Origin: Eledone cirrhosa
Lineage: Eukaryota
Length of the DNA stretch: 64,000 bases
Direction of reading: 5' to 3'
Assembly: GCA_964016885.1 (NCBI GenBank)
Contig: OZ024743.1
Span: forward strand, 323,578,001-323,642,000
The position numbers were made by a program, and so were the translations under genes. Below, one piece after another: positions 41,103 to 55,190 of the stretch (positions within the stretch are counted from its first letter, which is position 1; each line of letters starts with the position of its first letter). The notes under the pieces are model-generated. The model was not told the DNA's origin. It was given only the letters and a program-made list of their open reading frames with translations, and searched no databases.

Positions 41103-41580
41103 AGCTTTGCCTTTCATCTTTACGGGGCTGATAAAATAAAGCACCAGTAACTCATTGGGATCGATTTAATCGACTTTCCTATTCCCTTCAAATGGCTGGC
41201 CTTGTGCCAAAAGTAGAAACAATTATTATTATTGGTGCTGACTTGAGAAATACACAAAGGATTAATTTTCCTAATTGGGTAAATCTTAGAAAAGAATTTT
41301 TAGTTAGTATTTTCATCGCTGATACAGTCCATTGGTCATAATTCCTTGCAGAAGGAGGCAGGATTTGAATTCAGAATGCACAGAGCCGGATCAGTAACTG
41401 TAAAGGATCCTGTCCAACTCTTTAAACATTTCCGCTCTTGGCCTGGTACTCTATTTATCGACCCCGGAATGATGAAAGGTAACGTTGTTCTTGGCGGGAT
41501 TTGGACTCAGAGTGCAGAAAGCCGGAACAAATACCAACACATTTAACCCGCCACCACAATGACTGCCAATTCGCCGCCTT
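41103..41580. mobile_element. Two SINE fragments (41103-41230 +; 41440-41580 -)
   Basis: Core motif ctttgcctttcatc...gataaaataaag and its reverse complement. Confidence 0.65.
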
Positions 41581-42571
41581 TTAGAAGTATGCATAAAAAT
41601 ATTCAAGATTAAACGCTGTTTAAGGATGCACCAGAGAATGTACTAGCAACAGTCACAATTCCTAGTGTTGCTACTTTCTATAACTTGTCTATGTCTATTC
41701 TACTGTTTCAGTGGCATGTCCTAGCATCGATATTGTCTTTCAATCTTTTGGTGTCCTAAAGTATTTACCAGTAACATTCTGAGGTTGATTCAAATGGTTG
41801 TAAATGAAAATGTTCTGAAATGTTTGTATTCAAACACACACACACACATACGTACATATGTATGGACCTGTAACGCCAGATAGAGTCATAGGGGTGTCGC
41901 TATCACACACGGCGTGTCTTGGATATTTTAATCCTGGCAGATCCAATCATTCTTTTCAGTTATAAACATAGTCGATTCTTGTGAAAATAAATGTAGTAAT
42001 TTAAAGTCTGGAGTTATAACTTTTTGACAAACTGTCGCGCCGTGACTGAACCAGCTTTCCTTACACTCATTAGTGAACCCGTTGCCAAGGGGAAGAGGGG
42101 CACTGGAGGACCAATGCTCTGTCTATTGTCAATTGTGCATCCTCAGATTTAGAAAACAGACTTTATAAAAAATAAATGAAATATACTCCTTGAAGTCTTG
42201 ATTTTACTAAATGAAAAATAAAATAAAATAAAAATACAATAAAAAGAAAGAAAAAGTTAACCAAAAAATTGGTAAAAGTTTCCCTCGAGAATTAAAGTTC
42301 CCACCGTTTTGAGGTCACCGCATACCACCGAAGGCTGGTGACAAGTCTGAGTACGAGACGAGTACGAACATCAAAACACCAACTTAAAGAAAACACATTG
42401 GGCCATGAAAGAAACAGGTGTTGAAAGGTGAGTCAGAATGACGATCATAGCCCAAAAGAATAGGCCTACTGTCAATGTGTGCTAAAGAGGGGATACAGCT
42501 GAAAGAGGGCACCTATCCTTAAGTAGTCAGAGTAATCCTAAATTAATGAAATTCCTTGATTTGTTCTAGGT

Positions 42572-43058
42572 CAGTGGTTCTCAACTAGGCTTCACATGGC
42601 CCTTCCCTTGAGTGTCCATATAAGATTTTTTGGAGTCCATACAAGCAAAATAGTAAATTGGGGATCTACAGTAGTATTTTAGGGGTCTGTTGCTTTGGAC
42701 GTATTTATTGCAAGAAACTATCTTAAGTGTTAGAGAAAGAAACTTATTTGTTGTCTTCATTCTGTGGTGGTGGAATAAAAGACATTAGACATATATTTAA
42801 CGGGATACTGTCGGTAGTTATGACTTATTTAAACAAGTAAACATTCATTTACCATAAAATTTAATCGTTAAAGTTTATGTGCAATAAATTAATTATACTT
42901 CTATAATACACAAAATATTTTAACAATGCTTTATACATTTTCTAATAATGATTAATTATAAAAATATAATAGGAATTTTAAAATATCGAATGACTTTGGA
43001 GGCCCACCAAAGTAAAATTGGAATCAAAGGGGTTCATAGATAAATAAAGGTTGAGAAC
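42572..43058. mobile_element. Possible hAT-type non-autonomous DNA transposon
   Basis: cagtggttctcaact ... ggttgagaac terminal motifs. Confidence 0.45.
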
Positions 43059-43992
43059 AATTTCTCTATGTGGTGGTCCTCCTCTCGAGAGTCCCTATCA
43101 CATATTTGTATACCAAGCATACAATCATTTTTGTTTTCATTCATCCGATTTCTTTGTACCCCTCTCCCCACGAACCTTTTATAACCTGTCTCTGTAATGT
43201 CTCCCTCATCCGTCACGAGTAGCAATAATAAAGAAAGAAATATTATTGTTAGTGTCATTAATGATACGTGCTTCTTTCTTTCCCTTTTTTTTTTTTTACA
43301 AACATATTTGAAGTAGATATTCTCGAAAGGTAAAGTTGTCAGTGTTGTAATGATGTGCTTGGTAGCGGATTGGCTGTGAGACGGGGATGTTAGGAAAAAA
43401 AGCCGGTATTTGAATGATATTCTCCCTTCCGTTTCCACCTCCCACTCAACATCAACAAAAGCAAATGAAAGAAGGAGAAGAAGAAAGAGAAAAATGGGGG
43501 CGTCTCCTATATAAAGCCAACTACCAGTCGAATACTATGATGAATATTCAAATACCTAGTAAATTGGTGTATGTCTCATTTGTAGAGATATTGCGTTTAC
43601 TCTTCATGCATTTTTCTTTATATTTTCTTTACGTTTTCTTGTTAATGGGCAGTAATGTAGTTGGTCATGGTGTGTAAGTTGATCATGAGAAAGTGGAGCG
43701 AATAACACCGTCCTTCCAATTGGTCGTTTAAGACTGGTCGACTGGAAAGCTTTTATTATTGTTATTGTCGCTAGTCCGTAACTTAACGTACTTTACATAC
43801 ATATATACATTTCAACAAACCATACTGTATACTATCAGCTTTTCGGATGACATGTAAAGAAAAAATGTAAACATTCCTTATTCTAGTTTAAAAAGAAAAC
43901 CTTTTTTTCCTCCTCTCTCCTCATGATTCTTTTGATATAAAGCTTTATCAAACGAATATTCTTTTTAGAAAGGAGTTTTGTTGTGATACACA

Positions 43993-44256
43993 ATGGAGAC
44001 TGGCTTGGTAACAGCGAGGGAAACGCCAGAGGATGTTAAACGGAGAGATGGTATCTACCCTAAATTAGAGAAAAGAGATTCTGGAATTACTGCCGATTCG
44101 TCTTATTCTTCGACCTCATTAAGGAACAGCTATGATGAAACACCAGAATACGAGAACAATGCATTCGAACTCAGTATTGAGCATTCTCCAGTTAGCTCAA
44201 CTTTCGACTTGAGTCAGCCCCGAGACTACTACCAGCCAATGAAAACATCAAATAAG
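43993..44256 (+). CDS. First coding exon of an unidentified host gene (exon 43969-44256; 88 codons, phase-0 donor)
   Basis: Acceptor ttctttttag at 43968, acaATGG Kozak context, non-repetitive peptide METGLVTARE...YENNAF...KTSNK, strong donor AAG/GTGAGT at 44257. Confidence 0.75.
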
Positions 44257-44375
44257 GTGAGTTTTTTGGTAAACTAATTTACAAATTTACTTGGAAGTGA
44301 GACAAAGATATGTTTGTTTTTTATTTCAGATATTTTCCGCTCTTCTTTCAGTTCCGCACTCTTCCCCCCCCCCCA

Positions 44376-44455
<80 letters not shown>

Positions 44456-44858
44456 CTATGTATGCAGCCTTATTACTTGACATTTTTCTCTTTCTCTTTT
44501 ACATAAATAAATAAACATTGATGTACCTGGTATAGCTTTCGGCGGTAAAGATCTGTATCAGTTGCCTCCCAGGCTCTCGCTTTTAAAATAGTGTCAAAGC
44601 ATGTATACAGTCACTCGACTTGACCTGCTAGGTATAGCAGCCTAATCTTCTTCAAATCTCATATACCGTCTTAAAAAGACATATTAAATAATGTAATCCT
44701 CGATACACTGTGTCTAAAATATAAACTGACCTGGAATTAAACAGTAACAACTACTTGTCAAGATCTTCCAAAATTCACATCACACGTCTAAACATCAGGA
44801 ATGGAGATATAGGTTGATGTCTTTGATGATATAAACTGCGTTAAAAGAAAAATAAATA

Positions 44859-44998
44859 ATTGTTTCTACTTTAGGCACAAGGCTAGCAATTACCCAGTGC
44901 ATTACCGGTACTTTATTTTATCGACCCCGTAAGGATGAAAGGCAAAGTCAACCTCAGCGGGATTTGAACTCAGATCGTTAAGGGACGTAACTATGCTG
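44859..44998 (-). mobile_element. 5'-truncated SINE
   Basis: Reverse complement of the main SINE. Confidence 0.85.
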
Positions 44999-46084
44999 GA
45001 TGATTACAGGCGAAATTTCTTTGATCATATGTCTGCTTGATCAAGGCTGACCAGGGGCTAAACAACAACTATGGCATTAGCTGCATTTATAATTTCTGAA
45101 TGATTTGATATTTTATTTCTGCTGTTGTTCTTGTTGTTTAACCGGCTCATAACATCCATGATCAACTTATGATAAAAAGGCATTCCATTTAATTTTTTTA
45201 ACAGACAGTTGAATGTAATTTTAAGGAAATTTGGTTGCTATTTTTAGCAGTGTGAATGTGAATGGTACTTTGAGGCATCTTCTCTAGCTCTTGGCGTGGA
45301 TGATGTAGATTTAATTTGAAGTGTAAAGATAACTTTTCATAAAAATACAATTTTAGCCTCGCTTTGAAAAAATAAGCAGAGCCGCTACACCTCCAGTTTC
45401 TATGTACATCAGCGAAACACATACTCACACACACGTTCCTACAGAGTTTCCGTATATCAAATTCCACACTCACATATTAGTCAAATCGAGTCTTTGGTAG
45501 AAGGTCCTTGCTCAAGATGTTGTGCAGTGATATTCACCCCAGCTGGAAAGCAAACTTTTTAACCAGATATCCATACCTGTGACTCATAGTTAACAATAAG
45601 ATTACTAGCAGGTTTCTAGTAAATATATTATCAGGATCCAATCTAATAGTTTACTGCGATTTGGTGAAAATTCATTCCTGGAAATACTGATTCTTAAATA
45701 TTTGGCTTTTTCTGTGTTCAGAACGGAGGAATGACTGTGATTCAGAAGTTTGCTTCGCACCTGCATAGTTTTGGTTGCAATGTCACAGCAGAGAGTCTTC
45801 AATCATATCCTTGGGTAGACCAAAGCTTTTCGAGTGAAATCGGGTGGTAGATTAATTCCGTTGTCTGGTTTAACACCATCACATTTACCTTGAGAAACTA
45901 TACAAGACCCAACTCTGCTGCCAGCATTTCAGGCCAGACCATCGGTCTGAGTATAACTTCCCACCAATCTCAGAGTCCCCGAAAAGGATAATCAACACTA
46001 TCCTTCTTCGCCTCATTAAGCCATTAAAAAAATAAAAAAATGGAATAATACCACTCATTAAGCCATTAAAAAAATTTATAAATG

Positions 46085-46270
46085 GAATAATACCACTCCT
46101 CTATCACGGGGTTAAATCCCCCAGCTATTGTTGGTACTCGCTTACAGCTGAGTATACTAGAACAATGTAAAATGAAGTGTTTTGTTCAAGAACACAATGC
46201 ACAACCCATTCCAGGAACCGAACCTACGACATTATGATCGTAAGTCCAGCATGCTTACCACTAGGCCACG
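46085..46270 (-). mobile_element. Third tRNA-derived SINE family fragment
   Basis: Reverse-complement similarity to 52830-53000. Confidence 0.6.
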
Positions 46271-46889
46271 CACTCAAGACAGACTTTGGACGTTTTTTTT
46301 TAGACATATATAAAACCGACATCTCGTGATAATGATTGATTAATTAACTTCATAACTCATTGCCTTACATACAATGTTTTTACATTTAAAAGCTGTACGA
46401 GTTAGCTTTCTAATTTGGACGGGGATTGTTGCCAGATGCAGTTTAGCTCAATGTTTTAAAGCAGTTAGCCAGTATTTATTGTGTCTCAACTTTTTGGAGG
46501 GAGAAAGTGCTTTCGATTAAAAAAAAATATTGTTGGGGCTGTTTGTTGTTTAGGTTCATGTAAACCTTCATTGAGTAACTCTCACATACACAATATAACT
46601 TTCTTCACCCTGACCGAGACCGACTTTGAAAACGTCAATTTGGATGCTGAAACTAGGAATTTGACCACCATTGGCACAGGTCCGGTAGGCTCAAGGAATG
46701 GAAGAGCTGACATCCTTACCGCAGATACAATTGAACTAATTTGCAATGGTTACTGCGAATCGGTGTCTGTACAGAAAATACTAATGATCTGACCATAATT
46801 AGGCTCTACATGCAAACTTGAGCGTCTCTAATGTCATTCCAAAAATGCCTCAAAAAATTTATTGCAAACCTATTAATGATGGGCGACTG

Positions 46890-47180
46890 CGCTACTTCTC
46901 TGAATTGAGAGATCACGGCTCCAATACTATGGGCATGTGATTAGAATGTCTCAGGAAAGAATCGCTGCACAGATTTCACGGGCAAAACCAACAGGCAGGA
47001 GTCCCATGGGTAGACCCCGAGCAAGATGGTTGGATAACATCCATGAGCTTGGCTGGTCTCACTTGGGGATCCAAACGGGTCAGTTGGAGACGGATGCTTC
47101 TGACAGGACTCACTGGAAGGAGTGTTTGAAGACTCTGTTCCCACGACCCTCGCAGGAATAAGTGGGCGAAGAAGAAGACT
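46890..47180 (+). mobile_element. RTE LINE 3' fragment
   Basis: YGHVIRMSQER...GRPRARWLDNI; short GAA tail. Confidence 0.8.
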
Positions 47181-47989
47181 TCAATTTGCTCTGTGTTGAT
47201 TAATCGACGTTAAATACTTTGAATCTAGGCATTTTCATTTCAACCCCAGACAAAGTAGCAGTAGTAGAGTCACTTTTTAACTTTATGGTCGAGTGTCTCC
47301 TGTCTCAGCTTATGTTTAAGCAAAAGTAATTTGAAAATAGATGTAAGCAACCACGCCAACTCTATCCATAATAGTGTTTATGGAAGCATATACGCTATGA
47401 TTATGTACTGTATAATTAACATACGAGAGTCCCGCCACACTAACTCTATCCATAACATTGCAGTTTCCAACATCCAGAAATTAAACCTAATAAACTTACT
47501 CCAGCCCACCCATTGAACATAATGCAAATAGTGATACAATTACACGCAATCTATTACTTAGTTAGGGTGTTCGACTCACGATTTTAATGAGATCTATTTC
47601 CAGACCATTGGGCAACTGATTGAGGAATATATTCTTCCTAATGATGCTGAAAATATGTGTGGTGGGGGTTCTTCAGAAGCAATGTTGTTCTGTTTTCAGT
47701 GATACCAACGTAGTTAATTTGGTAGTAACTGTGAAGGAAACCCTTTACACACCCTCTCTGATATAATTTTAGGCGCCCAGGGTATCATAGTAGGAATAAA
47801 TAAAATTAAGCAGCAGATCTCGATAGGATACCCGCTGGTATTTTGAAGGAGTGTCAGCAACAACTGGCATGCTCTTTAGTTAATCCTCGAAGAAAGTTGC
47901 TGGATGCAGGCTATATACCAGAACATGTTTTATCCTAGTATGTTGTCTCAGTTTTCGAAAAGGGAAATAAGTCACTTGCAGGGAACTGC

Positions 47990-48335
47990 AAAGCGATCTC
48001 ATTTACTTCTCATATGATTAGTGTATTTGAAAGAAGTGAAATCAAGAGTAACTCCCTTCCTTGGGAGCAACAATCTGCTTAGCCAACAAGGATAGATTCC
48101 GTGATGTCAAGGACTACTTGATAACAGCTTTGATGTGATTCTAAAAGCTTTGGGAGAGGGCTCCAGACAGAGCTCATATACTTTAATTTCAGTAAGGTCT
48201 TTGACAAAGCCAATCATTACTTCTTACTGAAAAAAATATTCATACACTAATGGGTTAAGTGCTTCCCAAGTGATCAGAACTCAGCAATTAGTGCATTCAA
48301 ACTTAGCAAAAATACTAGCAGTATCCTATTAGGCA
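47990..48335 (+). mobile_element. Highly decayed CR1-like RT fragment
   Basis: LIYFNFSKVFDKANHYFLLKK resembles YLDFSKAFDKVxH. Confidence 0.45.
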
Positions 48336-48339
48336 CTGC

Positions 48340-48662
48340 ATATGGTGAATTGGCAGAGTTGTTAGAATGTCGGATAGAATGCTTTATGGTATTTGTTCCG
48401 GCACTCTGCTCTCTCAGTTCAAATCCCGCCGAGGTCAACTTTGCCTTTCATCCTTTCGAGGTCGATAAAAAAAGTACCAGTCTAGTACTGGGGTGGATAT
48501 ATCTCTTTCTCATTTCTTCTCTCACTTTCTATCTTTCTCTTGAAGAAATCTGCTGTACCCAGACATGGAGAGGGATAGGCTCCGCCAGGCTTAAAATATT
48601 CAAGTAACCCTGTATGTCAATACAGCGCCCCTACGACTCTATTAGAAGTAACGGGACTATAC
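48340..48662 (+). mobile_element. Composite SINE (tRNA head, core, CT linker, 3' module)
   Basis: Box B cagttcaaatcc and core motif; matches 40310-40686. Confidence 0.75.
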
Positions 48663-49181
48663 ATTATGCACTGTGTTGGGTACACTTCTGTCAATACTTT
48701 AATGGCATCGCAAACGTCATCAAACAACAATATAATTTTTTTCGGGTAAATCTATGCTTCACAAGGTTATCAACGGAGCAGGAAAGTTCCAGCATCTGGT
48801 TATTAAACTATACAACTGAGTGTTTATAATAAATTGAAATGAAAACCATCAGGTGTGTGAGTTTTTATTAACAGCATGACCCTCCCAAAAATTGCTATCA
48901 GTTGCTGTTTTGTCTCGTCTCTTACTCCACTGGACAGCGCTTTGACTTGTGTCATACGCTGCGACCCCGGGTGTACCGTTTGTAGGGATAGAAACTGCCA
49001 AATTCCATCTCAACAGCCGATGACTCAGGAGTTCTGTGGCTTTCTTTTGTATTTTTTATTTTCAAAAATTTACATTTTGAAAATAAAAATACAAACGAAA
49101 AAAATTCTTTTTTTTATGTTTTACCTTATTTTTGTTCATTGTCTTGTCCTCTCTTTGTTAATTTTCTTAAGTTAATATATA

Positions 49182-50081
49182 CGAGGTGTATCAGAAAAGT
49201 TCCAGGACTGATGTCACAAAAGATTTATTTCAAACCCAAACTTCACACTAAGAGTTTTCTCCTTCAAAGTAATCTCCATGGAGTCTAATGCCCTTTTCCA
49301 TCCTTTTCTGCCACGCTTGCATGCACTCCTGGAAGGATTCTTCCGGGATCCTCCGCAGTCAGTTCCGTCGTCACGGCCTTTTTGATGTCGTCCACGTCTT
49401 CAAAACGGGTTCCCTTGATGACCCTCGTGAGCATCGATAACTCATCACCGGTGATGACTGTCCCTAACAAGTCTGGTTCGGTTTCAAGACGCTCGAAGAT
49501 GTCCTGAGACACTTGCATGCGTCGACCCTTCTGGTCATCGTTCAGCAGTTTTGGCACCATCTTCGCGCAGACTTCCCGCATGTCCAAATCTTCAGTGAGA
49601 ATCTTCCAGACGCTGTCCCGATTCATGCCCAACTCATTTGCCATCAGTCGAACAGTCAGCCGACGATCGCTACGTACCATCTGCATGACGCGCTCAACGT
49701 TGACTTCAGTCCTGGTTGTTGAGGGCCTTCCACTCCTGGGGTCATCTTCCACGTCCTCGCGTCCTTCTTTAAACCTCTTGCACCACTCAAAAACACGTGA
49801 GCGTGACATCGTCTCATCTCCATACACTTGCTGCAGCAATCCCAGTGCTTATGACGGAGTTTTCCCCAACCGTTCGTTGCTCTGTGCTCATTGCTTGACG
49901 ACCTGAAACAGAGGACATGTATATAAAATTATGAAGAAAAAAGTTTGATCGCTGCAGAGAGCTAAAGTTACAGTTACATACTCCAGGGGGATTATTTTGA
50001 AGGAGAAAACTCTTAGTGTGAAGTTTGGGTTTGAAATAAATCTTTTGTGACATCAGTCCTGGACCTTTTCTGACACATCTC

Positions 50082-50082
<1 letters not shown>
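49182..50082 (-). mobile_element. Internally deleted mariner-family transposon with ~100-bp inverted termini and TA TSD
   Basis: ORF 49285-49839: VFEWCKRFKEGREDVEDDPRSGRPS...MVPKLL...ITGDE, then a deletion, then GTRFEDVDDIKKA. Ends are TA-cgag...ctcg-TA. Confidence 0.92.
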
Positions 50083-50118
<36 letters not shown>

Positions 50119-50177
50119 CGGAACAAGTAAACATTAAACAATCTTTTAAATAAATTAAAATACGACTTAAATATTCA

Positions 50178-50321
<144 letters not shown>

Positions 50322-50639
50322 ACACACACTGTTTTCCACCTTTCTTCTACTCTCTTAAATACACCATTGCTGTTTTTTAATTCCCAGTGGATTCATAATA
50401 CCATCAACTACTTTTCTGTCAATGTATTATCTAATAGTGCCAGCTGAGGTATTTCTTAAAAAGAAAATAATTTAATTAAAATAATGAATATTTATGCACA
50501 AAATACCGTATACAAGAAAGTCTATAACATGTATGAAGTCACATATAAAAAAACAACTTTCGTTTTTTAAAAAACTGTTTTTAGATAATTAACCACCTCT
50601 TTAGAAATGAAAGATTATTTTGAAATATTTTCAACAAGG

Positions 50640-50800
50640 TTCTTAGATTGACAGAATCGGTAGAGCGATAAATAGAATGTCTTGCAGTATTTCTGTTGAT
50701 TTATCTCCTGCATACAAACTCCATCGAAGTCAACTTTCCTTTTATCCTTACGGTGTCAATAAAATAAATACCAGTGGGTCCATATAATGAACTATATCTT
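50640..50800 (+). mobile_element. Old SINE fragment
   Basis: Degraded head and core motifs. Confidence 0.55.
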
Positions 50801-50844
50801 TCATTAAAATTTGTAGCTTTATATCTTCTTTTTTCTTTTTTTTT

Positions 50845-51700
50845 CTTCTTCTTGTGAGGGTCGTGGTGGTGGGTCATGTCAGAAGAAACCGTCTCGAATT
50901 GATCCAGCTGGATTCCCAAGCATGACCAGTCGAGCTCATGGATATTATCCAAACATCTTGCTCTGGGTCTCCTGCCGGTTTGTTTTGCCCATAAAATCTG
51001 TCCAGCGATTCTTTCCTGAGACATTCTAATTACATGCCCATAGTATTGAGGCTGTGATCTCTCAATTCGGAGAAGTAGTGGCTCTACCTGGAGTGACTCT
51101 CTTATCTCCGAGTTACGCACTCTATCGAGTAACGTTACTCCAAATACCCTTAGGTGGAATCCCATTGTATTCGCGATCGTATTCTTTCGGTCATTACCTA
51201 AGATTCATGATTATAGGTAAGGGTTGGTACGAATACCAAATTGAAGATAGTGAGTTTGGTTTTTGCACCTACCCACATTCTTCTAATTACCAAATGCTGA
51301 AGCTGGCGCATTACTGCATTAGTTCATGCAATTCTTGCACTTAATTCAGCCTCTTGCCTTCCATGACTCATGAACACGGCCCTGAGATACTTGAACTTCT
51401 CTAGCTACTTCAGTAGAGTGGCCTGTGAAGTCTTCCTTGATAGGACGAGTGTCTCAGTTTTCGCAGCACTGATTTTCATTCCAGCACTCGGCATCAACCC
51501 TGTCAAGTGCATGTCGGAGATCACCTTCTGATGAGTTAAGTAATACCATATCGTCTGCAGATTCCAGCCGACTGATCCTGCACTTGCCAGTCGTGATATC
51601 ACTTCCAACCCAGCTGCCCATGTGAATCCTGTTCAAAAAAAAATGAAAAAGAGAGGTGACAGTACGCATCCTTGCGGAGTTCTACTCACTCATTGAATGG
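50845..51700 (-). mobile_element. RTE LINE fragment (RT domain to 3' end)
   Basis: ADDMVLL...GMKISAAKTETLVL...RVRNSEIRESLQVEPLLLRIERSQ..YGHVIRM. Confidence 0.85.
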
Positions 51701-52224
51701 TTTCGATTTAGAAACATTTTACCATCATGTCTATACCGTAAATCAATACTTACATCCACACTACGTTTCAATGGGTTTGATCTCCGATCATGGTATATGC
51801 GGTTAATGATATTTAGTTGTAGATAAGCGAAGGCATGGTTGCGTGGTTAAGAAATCTCCTGAGTAAAATCTAGTAGACAGAAACTGTGGAAGCTCGTTTG
51901 GGGGCTCATTTCTATTCTTCAATGATAAACATAATCCTTCTTGACGCTTCATCTATGATGTGACAGATAGGAGAGAGAGCTGCTTAAGCACTTGGTTGGT
52001 ATTTACTTTACCGACCTCGATAAAATAAAAAGCAAAATAGGCTTTGAAGGAACAGGAACAAATATCACAACGAATTCTAAACGTTCCACTAAATCAACTG
52101 AGTAATGTTTTGCTAGCTTGCGACACAAAATCGAAATCTAAGATTATTCACTTCTACCGTCTATTGAACTTATTGAGTCTCTCTTACAAACTCTGCATTT
52201 AATGAATCAGCACCATATTTTCCC

Positions 52225-52465
52225 GGCGGCATGTTGTGTCCTTAAACAAGACACTTTATTTGACATTGCTCCAGTTCACTCAACTGGCAAAAATGAATTG
52301 TCCCTGTAATCTGAAAGGCCTGTCCTGTCACATTCTGTCACGCTGAATCTCCCTGAGAACTACGTTGAGGATACATCTATCTGCAGAATGCTCAATCACT
52401 TGCACGTTAATTTCACGATCAGGCTATTCGGTTGATCGAATCAAGTGGAACAGTCATCGACGTTA
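52225..52465 (+). mobile_element. Second SINE-like family copy
   Basis: Matches 15288-15497 in reverse. Confidence 0.65.
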
Positions 52466-52824
52466 TGTATGTATTGACAGTAACACTAAGATATGAAAAC
52501 ATATACCGTATGTTTATAAACAATAAACATATGGAAGTGGGACGTAATTTATATCAGGATGGGTGACACAAGTTTATGAGGTTAAATGATACCAGCGACG
52601 TATTCACCTATTCATCCAGTCATACACGAAATGTCTCTATTTTCTACTTGACTAATTCATAAATGAATTTCTTATAATGGTTTAGACATAGGAGAACGGA
52701 CAGCGACCATCATTGTTTTCAGGGCTTCCTACAGAGATCGGAATAATGAAGGAAGTTTATTGCACGATTGTAGATCAGGTATAAATGCTCGTGAGAGAGG
52801 GGATCCCGCTATAAGTATCAAGGG

Positions 52825-53090
52825 GGACTGGTGGTGTTACTCTAGCGAAAAATATATTGTCTATCAAAAATGTCGTGGGTTGGTTCTTCGGCTGGGTTGT
52901 GTGTTGTGTTCTTGAGCAAAACACTTCATTTCATATTGCTCCAGTATACTCAGCTGAATATGAGTACCAGCAATAGTTGGGGGTTTAACCCTGCGATGGC
53001 GTTCTGTCCAGCGGAGAGTGCGGTATTCTCAGTCGCTTCACGCCACGGAACGGGGATAAGAACCGGCCTGATGAGCCTCCGGGCTTGAAG
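52825..53090 (+). mobile_element. tRNA-derived SINE, third family (MetaSINE-like 3' part)
   Basis: gttgtgttcttgagcaaaacact...tgcgatgg...agtcgcttca...gataagaaccggcctgatg; family label is from recall. Confidence 0.5.
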
Positions 53091-53768
53091 CAGGTTTAGA
53101 CCAACCCCCGGCCTGCGAAGGAATTTTGTCCTGCCCGCCAACAGGTTTCAACACATCTTAGGCTAAGCGATCGCTGAAAAAGTGCTCTGAATTATTCTGG
53201 ATTAGAATACCGACAAGAGAACACGTCTAGCCACAAAACTCAGCTGAACGTAACTTTTGCGTGACAGTAACAAACAATCAAACTCTGACAGATAGAATAG
53301 TCAGACATCGAGGTCAAGGGGACTGTGTATCCGTGTATATACGTGCCTATATAGTATGTGTATGGCAGGGATATGAAATGACCCAGCCTTACCTAAAACA
53401 AGTCAGCATGTCTGGCATACAGTTATTTCATTTCATCCTCAAAATCTTTCGTTTGAGTTTGCCCTCTGGTAGTAAAACATCTGCAAGTGACTGTATTCGA
53501 TAATAATCAATGTTTATTTATTTTTCTATATTAAAAGTGTTCAGTATTATTAGAAGTAAATTTCTTCATTGAAAAAATAGCAACTCTGATCTAAATACAC
53601 CACCAGGTATCGTGGTTTTTACACAGTTTATTAAATATGTCATAGTATTTTATCATATTACTGTATTCGTTCTTACATATGTTCTTATTACTTATTTGAT
53701 ATCATGGCTCGCTGACGAGACACTGCATAGCTATGTGGCCCGCACACCCCAAAAGGTTGCCGACCCCT
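53091..53768. mobile_element. Possible hAT-type non-autonomous element
   Basis: Right end ggttgccgacccctg; degenerate left end caggtttagaccaacc. Confidence 0.4.
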
Positions 53769-54034
53769 GCTTTAGACTATACTAGATAAAAGCGTGTGTG
53801 TGTGTGTTTGGGGGGGGGGGTCATAGCGAGCAATATATGGTCTACCATAAAGGGGGGTGGGGGCTGCCCTTAAAACAGGTTTCCACATAGTTTACATATC
53901 GAATATCACTAACAAGGCTTGGGTCAGTCCGAAGCAATATTAGAAATAGTCAGTTACTAAAAGTGCTTCCTAGAGTCAAAAGTGTGTTATCCATTCCGAC
54001 AAAGTATTTTAATATGAACACATTTGCAGGGTTG

Positions 54035-54248
54035 ATGGATCGGCTGAATTGGTAGCGCGTTGGCTACAAGACCATTACGGTATTTGTGCTGGTTCTTTAC
54101 ATTGTCAGTTGAAATTCTGCCAAGGTCAACTTTGCCTTTCTTCTTCCTAGGGTCGATAAAATAAAGTGCTAATCAAATACTGGGGTTGATTTAATCAACA
54201 TGTGCCTCCTCCGAAATTCACTGGTCTTGCACCTAAATTAGAAACCAA
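54035..54248 (+). mobile_element. tRNA-derived SINE (older)
   Basis: Core aaggtcaactttgcctttc...gtcgataaaataaagt. Confidence 0.7.
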
Positions 54249-55091
54249 TATGAACACATTTTTAGAAAAATACACTACAGATAAAGAGTATTAAAACGAT
54301 GGTAGAATATTTAAGATAAATAAAAGGTTCGTCAGTTTGGTTGGAACAGTTTGGTGGGACCCCTCACCCAATCTTGTCTTGAAGAATCGAGTAGTTTTGA
54401 CTGTTATTTCTTCCACGTTCAGAGGCTATATAGAGGTTCCTTCACTTGCTGGTTTTCTCAATCTGTAATTTTTTTTCTCGTAAATTTTGTTTTCTGAAAG
54501 CGAATTTTTGTTACATTAAGGACATATTAAGACGGCTAAGAACTGTAGGGAGAAAGCGTTCGATAATCAATTTCTCTGTTTTTGTTGTTTAGCTGGCCAA
54601 ATTAGTTGTGTCAGTCAGCTAAGAGACGGGCACACAGTTAGTATCCCAGCATCGGTAGTCTTGACTACTGCAAGCAAACTATGTACAAAAACTGACGACT
54701 ATTGTTAACTTAATAGTGCATCTGTGTGTCTTAGAGAATAATGAACTCTGTCAGAGTGACTTCCCTTTATTCCATAGTTAGGAGAAAGGGCTGAGCCCAT
54801 AACTGTTTTCACGATATGCTGGAATAAATCTACCACCCAAGTATACCATGGTGGGATTTAAAATCAAAACAAATAGAGCAGACACAAATAGCGCGAAGAA
54901 CCGCGCCTACCCCGACACTATAACGACTCCGCTTGTCCATTATTAAGCTGGTACTTTATTTATCGACCTCAAATGACTTGCTCTAAATTTAGTAAATGAA
55001 AATTAAATGTTCAGGTTCTGGGCCTGGAAAACACATATACACAAACTCCCCCTACCTTTCTCACACACACACACACTCACTTACACTCACT

Positions 55092-55190
<99 letters not shown>

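Noticed and set aside
53064-53092. CTGATGA followed by a small hairpin, as an HHR
   Set aside because: No GAAA, stem III or stem I partner; it lies in a SINE 3' region.
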